This document shows, piece by piece, positions 18,854 through 29,350 of a DNA stretch of 64,000 nucleotides. Position 1 is the stretch's first letter. Each line of letters starts with the position of its first letter. The notes under the pieces are model-generated. The model was not told where the DNA came from. It searched no databases and saw nothing but the letters and a program-made list of their open reading frames with translations. Source of the stretch: Alphaproteobacteria bacterium (lineage in GTDB: Bacteria; Pseudomonadota; Alphaproteobacteria; Rs-D84); contig JAFGMC010000012.1 of assembly GCA_016927735.1 (NCBI GenBank), positions 13,093-77,092 on the forward strand, read 5' to 3'. The translations under genes were made by a program, and so were the position numbers.

Positions 18854-19241
18854 ATCTGCTATTTTTACTTATCTTTTTCAATGTTCGTATTAAATTATCT
18901 ATTTCTTTCATTTTGTATATTTCTTCTTTTTTAACAAAATCATTAAATTTCTTGAATGCACCTATTAAATCAAAATCTTTACTATTACCAACTAAATCAT
19001 ATTTAAAGCGTTTATATCTTTTATTGTAGACATAACTATTTTCAATATACCAATCATCTCCACGAAAAATATCTTCACAATCTGCTTTTACTTCTGTATC
19101 AATACCACAAAAAATTATTGTGGCGCTTTTTACATTAATCTTTATTGATTTAGGGGCATAAACACACACGTAATCATTCTGCGGCTTATCTATCTCGCAA
19201 ATATCATTATTTATTAAAGAATAATTTTTAACTTTTTTCAT
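18852..19241 (-). CDS. Hypothetical protein (129 aa), no recognisable family
   Basis: ATG-initiated ORF, very AT-rich and Lys/Asn-rich, with five Cys. It sits between two terminators. Confidence 0.45.
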   Translation of the reverse strand: MKKVKNYSLINNDICEIDKPQNDYVCVYAPKSIKINVKSATIIFCGIDTEVKADCEDIFRGDDWYIENSYVYNKRYKRFKYDLVGNSKDFDLIGAFKKFNDFVKKEEIYKMKEIDNLIRTLKKISKNSR

Positions 19242-19294
19242 TATAATATATCTCTTATATGTACTATAAATACATTTGTCAATATGTCAAGCAT

Positions 19295-19318
19295 AAAAAA
19301 TGCGGGATTTCCCGCACT
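19295..19318 (-). terminator. Rho-independent terminator of infB
   Basis: On the minus strand: GTGCGGG-AAAT-CCCGCA followed by T6, 20 nt after the infB stop. Confidence 0.75.
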
Positions 19319-19337
19319 TATTATTAATGATTAATTA

Positions 19338-21704
19338 TTACAGTTTTACCTTAAACTCTTCTACTTCATAACATTCGATTGAATCGCCTTCTTTCATATC
19401 ATTATATTTATCAAAACTCATACCGAATTCAGTTCCAACAGTAACTTCTTTAACCTCGTTCTTTTCACGTTTCAATATACCAATCTTACCGTCATAAACA
19501 ACAACATTATCACGCAACAATCGTACAAATGCATCTTTCTTGATAATTCCTTCGGTAACACGACAACCCGCAACACGCATACCCTTACCCACTGTAAACA
19601 ATGCGATAATGTCTGCATAACCAATAAATGTTTCACGTCTTTCTGGTGCCAACTTACCAGACAATATTTCTTTCAATTCATCATTAATACGATAAACAAC
19701 AGAATGATATCTGATATCAACACCATTATTACGTGCCATATCACGTACAGCCGCATCAGCACGGACATTAAACGCAATAATAACCGCGCCACTTGCAGTT
19801 GCTAATCTTATATCACCTTCGGTAATTTGACCAACACCACCAGCCAAAACTTCAACAGATGCTTTTTCGGAATTTATATCAGTCAGCATATCACAAATAG
19901 CTTCTACACTGCCTTGTACATCGGCACGCAAAATTATTGGTAATACCATTTTCTTAGTATCATCACGTTTTGCGAACAACTCTTCCAAAGAAGAACGTTT
20001 TGCAGCATTTGCTTTATCTTTGGCCTTTTGAGCACGATAGCTTGCAACTTCACGAGTTTGTGCTTCATTTTCCATAACATTAAAACTGTCACCTGCATTA
20101 GGAACAGATTCCAAACCCAAAACCATAACAGGTTGTGAAGGCCCAACGGATTTCACACGTTCACCAAAAGAATTTATCAATCCACGAACACGTCCAAATG
20201 TTTCACCAACAACAAATACATTACCGATTTCGAGTTTTCCCTGACGTATCAATAAAGTTGCGACAGGCCCTAATCCTTTTTCCATTTTTGCTTCGACAAC
20301 AGTTGCAATGGCTGGCATATCTGCATCAGCCTTTAGATCCATCATTTCTGCTTGCAATAAAATTGCTTCCAACAATTTGTCCAAACCTGTTTTATTTTTT
20401 GCAGAGATTTCAACCGATTGAACTTCTCCACCCATTTCTTCTACTTGGACTTCTTGTTGTAATAAATCTGTTTTTACCTTTTGTGGATTTGCTTCTGGCA
20501 AATCTACTTTATTAATCGCAACAATAAATGGAACATTAGCCGCACGGATATGATTAATCGCCTCAATCGTTTGTGGCATAATAGAATCATTGGCAGCAAC
20601 AACCAATACAACAATATCTGCAATCTGTGCACCACGTGCACGCATAGCTGTAAATGTTTCATGCCCTGGGGTATCCAAGAATGTGATTGTTTGACCAGAT
20701 TTTGTTTTTACTTCATAAGAAGAAATATGTTGTGTAATTCCGCCAGCTTCACCAGCAACAACATTTGCATCACGCAAAGCATCCAAAAGTGAAGTTTTAC
20801 CATGATCAACATGTCCAACAACTGTAACAACTGGGGCACGAGATTTTAAGTTTTCTGGATTTGGCCCACGATCTAACATTTCTGCAAAAGGTTTAAAATC
20901 AACACGTTTAATTGTTGCGCCGAATTCACATGCAATCAATTCTGCAGTATCTGCATCAATAGACTGATTTTGGGTAACCATCATTCCCATTTCCATCAGT
21001 TTTTTAATAACATTACCAACTTTTTCTGCCATACCAGCAGCCAAATCTTTTACAGTAATTGTATCTCCTAAAACAACTTCACGGGCAACCTTCTGGGGTG
21101 CCGTAAATGCAGCACGAGCCTTTTCACGAAAGCGTCGTAGCGATGCTTCGGAACGACGGCGATTTGCACCACGGATTCCAATTTCTTGGGTATCATCTTC
21201 GCCCTTACCAATAACAATATCATGCAAAGATATTTTTCCACCTTTTTTAAAGCCTTTTTTTGGATTAGATTTTACAGAACGTAAATCTTCTTCGGAATTG
21301 GCTTTGCGTGGATATGTATTTGTAAATACTTTCTTAGAAGAGTTATCAGTTTTATCTTCTGTAACTTCTGTTATTGTGGTTGTTTCGCGTGCAGCCAATT
21401 GTTCTTTTACTTGTTCATATTCACGTGTATCGCGTGCAATTTCAGCCTCGCGGGCATTACGTTGTGATTCTTCTTCAGCCTCGCGGGCGCGACGTTCTTC
21501 ATCACGTGCCTTGGCTGCTTCCAGAACTGCACGCAATTTTTCATCTGCTGCAGATCTTGAAGAAGATGGCGATTTTGGTTCATCTCGCAATTCATTACTT
21601 CCTGGTGCAACTACACGTCTACGACGTTCAACAAAAACGGCATCGCCCTTTTTACTTTGAACTGCATCAATAGTTACTGATTTTCCGAGTGTTAATGTTG
21701 CCAT
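19338..21704 (-). CDS. infB: Translation initiation factor IF-2
   Basis: Charged N-terminal region, G domain [26 protein letters not shown], and conserved C-terminal domains. Confidence 0.95.
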   Translation of the reverse strand: MATLTLGKSVTIDAVQSKKGDAVFVERRRRVVAPGSNELRDEPKSPSSSRSAADEKLRAVLEAAKARDEERRAREAEEESQRNAREAEIARDTREYEQVKEQLAARETTTITEVTEDKTDNSSKKVFTNTYPRKANSEEDLRSVKSNPKKGFKKGGKISLHDIVIGKGEDDTQEIGIRGANRRRSEASLRRFREKARAAFTAPQKVAREVVLGDTITVKDLAAGMAEKVGNVIKKLMEMGMMVTQNQSIDADTAELIACEFGATIKRVDFKPFAEMLDRGPNPENLKSRAPVVTVVGHVDHGKTSLLDALRDANVVAGEAGGITQHISSYEVKTKSGQTITFLDTPGHETFTAMRARGAQIADIVVLVVAANDSIMPQTIEAINHIRAANVPFIVAINKVDLPEANPQKVKTDLLQQEVQVEEMGGEVQSVEISAKNKTGLDKLLEAILLQAEMMDLKADADMPAIATVVEAKMEKGLGPVATLLIRQGKLEIGNVFVVGETFGRVRGLINSFGERVKSVGPSQPVMVLGLESVPNAGDSFNVMENEAQTREVASYRAQKAKDKANAAKRSSLEELFAKRDDTKKMVLPIILRADVQGSVEAICDMLTDINSEKASVEVLAGGVGQITEGDIRLATASGAVIIAFNVRADAAVRDMARNNGVDIRYHSVVYRINDELKEILSGKLAPERRETFIGYADIIALFTVGKGMRVAGCRVTEGIIKKDAFVRLLRDNVVVYDGKIGILKREKNEVKEVTVGTEFGMSFDKYNDMKEGDSIECYEVEEFKVKL

Positions 21705-21748
21705 TCAGTTTACTCCTTGCCGCCACACAGAAAGATTAAGATTGTATC

Positions 21749-23293
21749 TTATTCTTCCTCGTCTTGTATTATATTATATGCTATTTCACGTGCTTTCATT
21801 ACTACGCGTTCTGCTAAACGCCCAGACATAATATCTTCGCCCAATATCTCAACTAATTCATCAGAAGCTAAATCTGCTAAATCTTCCAAAGATCTGATTC
21901 CAGCATGACCCAGTTTCATTATAATCGGACGTTTGATAAAGTCAAAGGACAACAAATCATCTTTCATGCCCAATTTATTACCTTCGTCTTTATAATCTTG
22001 TTCAACCTTTTCCAGATAAGCTTTGGCACGTGTTTGTAATTCACCAGCCAACTCTGTATTAAAGCCTTCGATTTCTTGTAATTCAGCAATATCTATAAAT
22101 GCTACTTCTTCAATAGTTCTGAATCCTTCTGTTATCAACAGATGTGCGATCATTTCATCAACATCTAACCCCTTGATAAACAACTCTGTTTTTTCTTTAA
22201 ATTCTTTGGCACGACGTTCTTGTTCTTGGGCTTCGCTCATAACATCGATATTCCAACCTGTCAATTGTGATGCCAAACGAACGTTTTGACCACGACGACC
22301 AATTGCAAGTGATTGCTGATCTTCATTTACAACAACAGCTGCTGTATGTGTATCTTCATCAACAATAATTTTTGCAACTTTTGCAGGCTGCATAGAGTTA
22401 ACAATAAACGCAGCTGGATCTTCAGAATACAATATAACATCAATTTTTTCGCCATGACATTCATTGATAACTGGTTGAATTCTTGTTCCTTTCATACCAA
22501 CAGTCATACCAACAGCATCAATAGATGGATCTTCGGTTTGAACTGCGATCTTTGCATGTGATCCAGGCGCACGTGCAACAGATTTAATTTTTATAACACC
22601 TTCGTATATTTCTGGTACTTCTTGAACAAACAATTTCTCCATAAACATTGGATGTGTTCTGGTCAAGAAAATCTGTGGACCTGAATTAGAACGTGAAACA
22701 TCCATAATCAATGCGCGTACACGATCACCCGCCGCCAATCTTTCACCTGGGATTAATTCTGTACCCTTGATATAACCTTCGGCTTTGCCATTAATATCGA
22801 CAAATACATTTCCAAATTCAATACGTTTTACAACACCACTGATGATATCACCGATATTATCTTTAAATTCTTCAAATTGATGTCCCTTTTCTGCGTCACG
22901 AACGCGAGCTGTCATAATCTGTTTTGCAGTCTGAAAAGCCATACGTCCAAATTCTGGTTCTGGTAATTGATCTTCAACAATATCACCAACTTGTGGATCT
23001 TTTGAATATTTTTTTGCCTCAGAGATTGTCAGCATTGTATTCGAATTATATTCTTCTTCACCAATAGATTCAGGAGATTCAATAACCTCAAACAGGCGCT
23101 TTACAGAAATAGCACCATTTTTACGATCTATTGTCGCAGTAATATCAAACTCTTCGCCATACTTATGCTTCGCTATTTTTGCAATCGCAGCTTCTAATGA
23201 TTCTATGACAATATTACGTTCTATTTGTTTTTCTTGTGCCAAAGAATCGATCGCTAATAACAAATCTTGTCTTGGCATTGAAACGAAAGACAT
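21749..23293 (-). CDS. nusA: Transcription termination/antitermination factor NusA
   Basis: NusA N-terminal domain, S1 and two KH domains (IGRRGQNVRLASQLTGW), plus C-terminal HhH repeats. Directly upstream of infB. Confidence 0.95.
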   Translation of the reverse strand: MSFVSMPRQDLLLAIDSLAQEKQIERNIVIESLEAAIAKIAKHKYGEEFDITATIDRKNGAISVKRLFEVIESPESIGEEEYNSNTMLTISEAKKYSKDPQVGDIVEDQLPEPEFGRMAFQTAKQIMTARVRDAEKGHQFEEFKDNIGDIISGVVKRIEFGNVFVDINGKAEGYIKGTELIPGERLAAGDRVRALIMDVSRSNSGPQIFLTRTHPMFMEKLFVQEVPEIYEGVIKIKSVARAPGSHAKIAVQTEDPSIDAVGMTVGMKGTRIQPVINECHGEKIDVILYSEDPAAFIVNSMQPAKVAKIIVDEDTHTAAVVVNEDQQSLAIGRRGQNVRLASQLTGWNIDVMSEAQEQERRAKEFKEKTELFIKGLDVDEMIAHLLITEGFRTIEEVAFIDIAELQEIEGFNTELAGELQTRAKAYLEKVEQDYKDEGNKLGMKDDLLSFDFIKRPIIMKLGHAGIRSLEDLADLASDELVEILGEDIMSGRLAERVVMKAREIAYNIIQDEEE

Positions 23294-23410
23294 CTTATTT
23301 CTCCTTGCTTATTGAAAGAGCGGGGGTTTTCGCTTGGCGCTTTACGCCTGCTAGTAATCTCATAAAGACAACAAATTGTCAATTCGATTTCAACCCTACT
23401 CTATTTACAA

Positions 23411-23434
23411 GGGCGGGGTTTTTCAACCCCGCCC
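23411..23434. other. Perfect 10-bp GC-rich hairpin in the divergent nusA/lptF intergenic region
   Basis: GGGCGGGGTT-TTTC-AACCCCGCCC. No canonical T run follows on either strand. Confidence 0.6.
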
Positions 23435-23567
23435 TTAAAAATTATTCTAAGAACAGACTAATTATTATATCCGAATCGATAAAATGCAAGTAAAAAACAT
23501 ACTTTTTACCCAATATTATTGGGCTTGATGCTTGACGCTGGAACATTTGGGCTTTATACTTTAACTT

Positions 23568-24626
23568 ATGAAAATTATCAAACAATACTTTATAAGACAG
23601 CTGGTGACAATATTCATTATGCTGCTTTTGGTTTTAACTGGTTTGGCGTGGATGTTGCAAATTATGTCCATGATGAAATTTTTACTTAACTATGGCATAG
23701 AACTTAAGAGTTTTATTGGTCTGACTGTTTTGATGGTACCGTTTATCGTATCTATAATAATCCCATTCGTAACATTTATATCTATAATATTTGTTTATAA
23801 TAAACTGATTGGTGATAACGAAATAACCGTTATGTCCGCATCTGGTCTTTCACCAATACAAATTGCCAGACCTGCATTGACCCTGGCAATATTTTTAACA
23901 ATTATTAACTGGGGTTTAAATATATGGGCTGTACCAATGACCCAGGCGAAATTTTATGATACACAATGGGAATTGCGATATGGTCTGGCGCATATGAAAT
24001 TAAAAGAGACCGCATTTAACCAAATGGCAAATGGTTTGGTGGTATATGTCGATAAAGTATCTGGTCATGATTTATCTCAATTAATGCTTTCTGATACCCG
24101 TAATAAAAAATCCGAACTGACAATATTTGCTGAAAAAGGCAAATTAATATCTACACAACGCGGATTATCTATTGTTATGAATAATGGCTCATTACAATCC
24201 AAAGATGATAATGTAACAATTGGGACATTCGAAAGTTTTGATATGGATTTAAATGTTGCAGATAAATCTGGTGAATCTGTATTTAAAGTTAGAAGGATTC
24301 CAACTTTTGAACTTTTAAAGTCTGTAACTGAACAATCAGATAATAAACAACATAAACAGTTTCTAACTGAAATTTATACCCGTCTTTTAAGTCCTGTTAT
24401 GAATTTGATTCTGGCTGCATTATGCGTTATGATTTTATTACGTTCTTCACTACTTCGAAGAAGAACCAGTTTTGCCCCTGTAATTGCGGTTGGCGCTATG
24501 GCTGCTGTGATGGCTGGTTTTATGTCCGCATCTAATATGATAAACAGTCTCACTGAACTTGGTCTTATTATGGCAGCGCAGATATTTGTTTTAACAGTTA
24601 TAATGATAGTACTGACCAAGAAATGA
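23568..24626 (+). CDS. LPS export ABC permease, LptF/LptG (YjgP/YjgQ) family
   Basis: N-terminus IIKQYFIRQLVTIFIMLLLVL. Six hydrophobic segments with a central periplasmic domain. Directly upstream of lptD, with a 4-nt overlap. Confidence 0.8.
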   Translation: MKIIKQYFIRQLVTIFIMLLLVLTGLAWMLQIMSMMKFLLNYGIELKSFIGLTVLMVPFIVSIIIPFVTFISIIFVYNKLIGDNEITVMSASGLSPIQIARPALTLAIFLTIINWGLNIWAVPMTQAKFYDTQWELRYGLAHMKLKETAFNQMANGLVVYVDKVSGHDLSQLMLSDTRNKKSELTIFAEKGKLISTQRGLSIVMNNGSLQSKDDNVTIGTFESFDMDLNVADKSGESVFKVRRIPTFELLKSVTEQSDNKQHKQFLTEIYTRLLSPVMNLILAALCVMILLRSSLLRRRTSFAPVIAVGAMAAVMAGFMSASNMINSLTELGLIMAAQIFVLTVIMIVLTKK

Positions 24627-26638
24627 AAATATTTAAATCAATTTTTTTATTTTGTCTTATACCCAGCGCATTATTCGCAGGTACAATCTATGATACAGAT
24701 TTACCAAAAACAATAACTGCACCAAAGATTGAATACAATATAAAATCAGAAACTATGAAAACAACCGGAAAAACAGAGGTTTCAAATACATCCGGACAAA
24801 AAATAACATTGGTTGATTCATATATGTCAAACAAAGGTGCAAACTCGTCCGGACAAGATGTACAATTATGGTTGGGCAAAAGTGTTTATATCACCGCTGA
24901 TAAAATTACACGCGAAAACGAAAATACTGTATCTAGGAACGCTGTATTTACCGCATGCTATGAATGTGACAGTTTTGGGAATGCTTGGGAAATATCTACA
25001 ACCAAACTTACCCACAATATAGAAAGTCATTTGATACGATTTTATAATCCTGTTTTTTGGGTATATAATTTACCGGTTTTATGGTTCCCATTTTTTCAGA
25101 TACCTGACCCGAGTGTAAAACACAAAACTGGTTTATTGATTCCAGATTTTAATTCAACAAATAATATGGGTACCCAATTTAATTTGCCGGTTTATATATC
25201 TTTTTCAGATACACATGATGCGACAGTTAAATTATCTTACCTGACCCAAGAAAACCCATTATTCCAGTTAGAACATCGTTTAAACGCAAGTCATTCAGAG
25301 TTTAGAACATCTGGTTCTTTTACCCGTAACAAAGAAGGTGAAAATCGTTGGCATATTTTCAATGATGACATTATTGAAATGGGGGATAATGTCAGAACAA
25401 CTATTTTCTTGGAACGCGCATCTGATAAAACTTATTTGCAAAAATATGGATTCTATGGGGATCAACCTTATCTAGATTCTGGTGCCAAGGTTGAATTATT
25501 CGGTCAAACCGGATATGTTGTTGCAGACACACATACTTTCCAAGAATTACGTACCGATAGCACAAAGTATTCAACACCATCTGGTAATATTTTACCAAAC
25601 ATTCGTGGTGTTTATCAGACAGAGCCGTTATTCAATCAAACATACATAAATTTAAATACTGATATTCTTGGGGTTGCTGGATCTGGTACATCCAGTCAAC
25701 GCGTTATTGGTGAATCAAGTATCGTATCACCTTGGACATTATGGGGTGGAAATAGACTTACCGCTAATTTATCCGCAAGGTATGATTTTTATAATTTTGG
25801 TAATACCGAAATGATAGACGGCGAAAACTTTTCTGGTATTAAAACACGTTTCTTACCGAGTGGTTATTTAGAATGGGGTCTACCACTAGTGCGTTCAGGT
25901 GAATCCTGGAAACAGGTTATTGAACCACGCGCTCGTATTACAACTATGCGAAATCTTGATGATTCGGCATTTGCATTAAATAATGATTCTGCTGGTGCAT
26001 TATTATCAGACGCTACGCTTTTTTCTGATAATCGTTTTTCTGGATTGGATCTTTGGGAAAACGGAACATTCAGTGATTATGGTGTGCGCTGGGCCGCATT
26101 TAATAATAATGGCCACAATATAGAAACTTTTTTGGGACAAACATATGACTTTACAAAACGTACTGACACAGATCCAAACAGCGGGTTCCATAACGGACAA
26201 TCTGATTATGTTGGAAGAATTGGTTACGAAAATTCAAAATGGTTACAATTATCTAGCCGATTCCGATTTGCAGAAGATACTATGTCTTTACAACACATAG
26301 AAAACTCTGCACGTATTGGAACAACCAGAAATTATTTTGATATCGGTCATATATGGGCAACACAATTTATTGATGCATTGACCATAGATAATAATATAAA
26401 TGAAATTACTTCTGGATTTGGTATACAACTAACTGAAAGAATTGGTATAAAATTCAACGCTATATACAATGCAACCGAAGAAAGATTTCAACGTCATACA
26501 GGTGGTGTTTTTTATACTCATCCTTGTTATTTCTTGTCTTTGGAATACCGTCGTGATAATACGATCAAGGAAGACTATGTTGGGAACACGACATTACAAT
26601 TCCGTTTTGGTGTTAATATTGACGGAAAAAAACTTTAA
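24623..26638 (+). CDS. lptD: LPS-assembly outer-membrane protein LptD
   Basis: Signal peptide, OstA-like N-terminus, and the conserved ...FWVYNLPVLWFPFFQIPDPSVKHKTGLLIPDF block. Confidence 0.85.
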   Translation: MKIFKSIFLFCLIPSALFAGTIYDTDLPKTITAPKIEYNIKSETMKTTGKTEVSNTSGQKITLVDSYMSNKGANSSGQDVQLWLGKSVYITADKITRENENTVSRNAVFTACYECDSFGNAWEISTTKLTHNIESHLIRFYNPVFWVYNLPVLWFPFFQIPDPSVKHKTGLLIPDFNSTNNMGTQFNLPVYISFSDTHDATVKLSYLTQENPLFQLEHRLNASHSEFRTSGSFTRNKEGENRWHIFNDDIIEMGDNVRTTIFLERASDKTYLQKYGFYGDQPYLDSGAKVELFGQTGYVVADTHTFQELRTDSTKYSTPSGNILPNIRGVYQTEPLFNQTYINLNTDILGVAGSGTSSQRVIGESSIVSPWTLWGGNRLTANLSARYDFYNFGNTEMIDGENFSGIKTRFLPSGYLEWGLPLVRSGESWKQVIEPRARITTMRNLDDSAFALNNDSAGALLSDATLFSDNRFSGLDLWENGTFSDYGVRWAAFNNNGHNIETFLGQTYDFTKRTDTDPNSGFHNGQSDYVGRIGYENSKWLQLSSRFRFAEDTMSLQHIENSARIGTTRNYFDIGHIWATQFIDALTIDNNINEITSGFGIQLTERIGIKFNAIYNATEERFQRHTGGVFYTHPCYFLSLEYRRDNTIKEDYVGNTTLQFRFGVNIDGKKL

Positions 26639-26655
26639 AAAAATGAAGGTCAAAA

Positions 26656-27492
26656 ATGAAAACTATAAAAATTAAAACTATCGCTGCTTTTATTTTTTCT
26701 GTGTTAATTATCCAATCATCATTTGGCGCATCTGTTGTTGCGACTATTGGCGGAAAACCTATTACTGATACAGATATAACTGCACGCACAAAATTGATGT
26801 CAAAACAAGGTGATGTGTCTACAGATAATCGTCGCAAGGCTTTTCAAAATATAATTGATGATTATGTAAAACTGGAATATGCTGGAAACTTTAATATATC
26901 AACATCAAAATCTGATATAGATAAAGAACTTAAATCTATGAAACTGGGTGATATATCGGCAACAGAACTTGCGATGGCAAAGAATGCAATCAGCGCGAAT
27001 ATGGCCTGGCAAATTGTAATTGCACGTACAATTGTTCCAACTATTGATGTATCAAATGATGAAATAACCCAGGAAAAACAAGATCTTGAGCGTACACGTG
27101 GACTGCCATTGGAAATGACAATTGTACGTCTGATTGATGTTCCAGATAATATATCTGCAAAACTAATAAACCCTAAAGATTGTAATGATGCAATACAACA
27201 GGCAAAAAACCTGGGCGGTGATCCACAAAAATTCACAGCCGCACAATACGAATTATCTGTTGATATACGCGAACAAATTGTCGGTCTGGATAAACTGACA
27301 TGGTCAAAACCAATAAATGGTTCTGTATTGTTGGTATGCGATTCCAGGAAAACAAAAGATTATGGAAAATTGGACGATATAATAAAACAGAATGCTATTT
27401 ATAAAAAAGCAATGTTCAAGGCCGACCAACAACTGAAACAATTACGTCGCAAAGCAGTTATTGTTATAAACGACAGTAATTATAAAATATGA
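26656..27492 (+). CDS. surA: SurA-like periplasmic chaperone (short, no clear parvulin domain)
   Basis: Signal peptide and a SurA N-domain-like start ATIGGKPITDTDITARTKL. Conserved position downstream of lptD. Confidence 0.55.
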   Translation: MKTIKIKTIAAFIFSVLIIQSSFGASVVATIGGKPITDTDITARTKLMSKQGDVSTDNRRKAFQNIIDDYVKLEYAGNFNISTSKSDIDKELKSMKLGDISATELAMAKNAISANMAWQIVIARTIVPTIDVSNDEITQEKQDLERTRGLPLEMTIVRLIDVPDNISAKLINPKDCNDAIQQAKNLGGDPQKFTAAQYELSVDIREQIVGLDKLTWSKPINGSVLLVCDSRKTKDYGKLDDIIKQNAIYKKAMFKADQQLKQLRRKAVIVINDSNYKI

Positions 27493-28565
27493 TTGATAAA
27501 CCAATTCTTTTTAACATGACTAATACAGAGCTGGAACAGTTCGTTGTATCCATTGGTCAGCCAAAATTTCGCGCAAAACAAATTTCTGAATGGTTATCAC
27601 GTGGTGCGCCTGACTTTTCTGTGATGAAGAATTTACCAGAAATACTGCGTAATGATTTAGACAAGGTTGCGCGTACAATGCCATGTACAATTATAAAAAA
27701 ATTGGAATCAACAGATAATCAAACCACCAAGTTTCTATTAGAGATGCTTGATGGTGAGCAAATAGAAAGTGTCCTGATGCGTACCAGCTATGGCAACAGT
27801 GTTTGTGTCAGTTCCCAGGCAGGATGTGCAATGGGATGTAAATTCTGTGCCAGCACATTGTTGGGATTAAAACGAAATCTATCTATAAATGAAATGTTTG
27901 CCCAGGTCTTGGTCGCCCAATGGGAATTGCGTGGTGATAAAGATAAAAAGAACATAAAACCAAATGGTGATCCAAAAAATTCCGATGTATCACACATTGT
28001 TGTTATGGGAACTGGGGAACCCCTTCAAAATACAGAAAACCTGATCGGTTTTTTAGAACGTGCAAATAACGATCTGGGAATCGGCTGGCGTCGCATTACG
28101 GTATCCACTTGCGGTATTGTGCCTGGTATCAAGGAATTAAATGCTTGGGGGTATCCGATTAACTTGGCTATATCATTACATGCGCCAAATGATGAACTGC
28201 GCAGCAAATTGATGCCTGTGAACAATAAATATAAAATTTCGGACGTTTTAGATGCATCATTTGAATTTGTGACGAAGAATAACCGTCAATTAATGATTGA
28301 ATATATATTGCTGGCCGGAACAAATGATTCGATTGAAAATGCTGAAGAGTTATCAAAATTATTGACTTCCAAGAACTGCATGGTAAATTTAATACCATGG
28401 AATACAGTTGATGAACGTGAATTTATATCACCATCTGGTAATGCGGTACACAGATTCCAAGATATTTTAATTAAAAATGGTATTCACACACGAATAAGGA
28501 GAGAGCGTGGTCAGGATATCGGAAGTGCCTGTGGGCAATTACGATTAAACAACAAAAAGGACTGA
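27489..28565 (+). CDS. rlmN: Dual-specificity rRNA/tRNA adenine-C2 methyltransferase RlmN (radical SAM)
   Basis: FRAKQISEWL at the N-terminus, the CAMGCKFCAS radical-SAM cluster motif, and C-terminal GSACGQL. Confidence 0.9.
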   Translation: MIDKPILFNMTNTELEQFVVSIGQPKFRAKQISEWLSRGAPDFSVMKNLPEILRNDLDKVARTMPCTIIKKLESTDNQTTKFLLEMLDGEQIESVLMRTSYGNSVCVSSQAGCAMGCKFCASTLLGLKRNLSINEMFAQVLVAQWELRGDKDKKNIKPNGDPKNSDVSHIVVMGTGEPLQNTENLIGFLERANNDLGIGWRRITVSTCGIVPGIKELNAWGYPINLAISLHAPNDELRSKLMPVNNKYKISDVLDASFEFVTKNNRQLMIEYILLAGTNDSIENAEELSKLLTSKNCMVNLIPWNTVDEREFISPSGNAVHRFQDILIKNGIHTRIRRERGQDIGSACGQLRLNNKKD

Positions 28566-28567
28566 AA

Positions 28568-29320
28568 ATGAATATTAGTCATATTACTTGTTCGGGTCTA
28601 CGCGAAGAAACCTCTTATAAAAATGTTTTTGAATTACTACAATTGTCAGAAAAAGTCGAACTTGCTGTTAATGCTTACCCTTCTGTAATGGAATCTGGAA
28701 CCAGGGGAAATGAATGGTTTTCATATCTATTAGAAGCGTCTTCAAATCTTAAAAAACCTTTAAATCTTGCTGTTCATGTGGATTATGAATGGGGTAACAA
28801 ATTTTGTAATGGTTTAATTGATGCTGATCTTTTAGATTGGTTTTATATGTTAAATAAGAAATCTGGTGACCCTGTCATTAAAAGGTGGCAAATTAATTTT
28901 AATGGTAATCCACGTGACTTCAGTATTTACAAAATTGCCAAGATAATTTCAAATTATCATGACCGCGAATTTATATTCCCTTATAATGATAAATTGAAAA
29001 AAGAAATATCAAAATTAAACGCAACAGGCGTAAAATTTTCTTTGATTTACGACACACAACATAGTTATAACAACCCTCAACAAAGATGGCTTCCACCCGT
29101 ATTTGATAATCATAAACAGGGTTATTCTGGCGGATTATCTGGTGAAAATGTTTCGTTTAATTTGGATCGTATTTCCGAACAGGTTCCAAAGAATTCTGAA
29201 ATATGGATACAAGCATATAAAAACTTGATAAATCAGGAAATAAATGAATTTGATTTCGCGCGTGCCAAAACTTTTATAAATAATGTCTTAAAATGGTCAA
29301 AAGATAATCATGTAAAATAA
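28568..29320 (+). CDS. Hypothetical protein with faint resemblance to the TrpF/PRAI-type TIM barrel
   Basis: ATG lies 2 nt after the rlmN stop. GYSGGLSGENV resembles the TrpF (L/V)(A/S)GGLxxxNV phosphate-binding loop. No other family signal. Confidence 0.4.
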   Translation: MNISHITCSGLREETSYKNVFELLQLSEKVELAVNAYPSVMESGTRGNEWFSYLLEASSNLKKPLNLAVHVDYEWGNKFCNGLIDADLLDWFYMLNKKSGDPVIKRWQINFNGNPRDFSIYKIAKIISNYHDREFIFPYNDKLKKEISKLNATGVKFSLIYDTQHSYNNPQQRWLPPVFDNHKQGYSGGLSGENVSFNLDRISEQVPKNSEIWIQAYKNLINQEINEFDFARAKTFINNVLKWSKDNHVK

Positions 29321-29343
29321 AAACACCCGAAAGGGTGTTTTTA
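29321..29343. terminator. Bidirectional Rho-independent terminator
   Basis: AAAACACCC-GAAA-GGGTGTTTTT, located between a + strand CDS and the minus-strand tRNA-Val. Confidence 0.75.
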
Positions 29344-29350
29344 TTTTATC

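Noticed and set aside
21440-21487. An exact 15-nt direct repeat TTCAGCCTCGCGGGC occurs twice, 33 nt apart.
   Set aside because: It is in frame inside infB and encodes the repeated AREAE segment of the charged IF-2 N-terminal region. It is not an independent repeat element.
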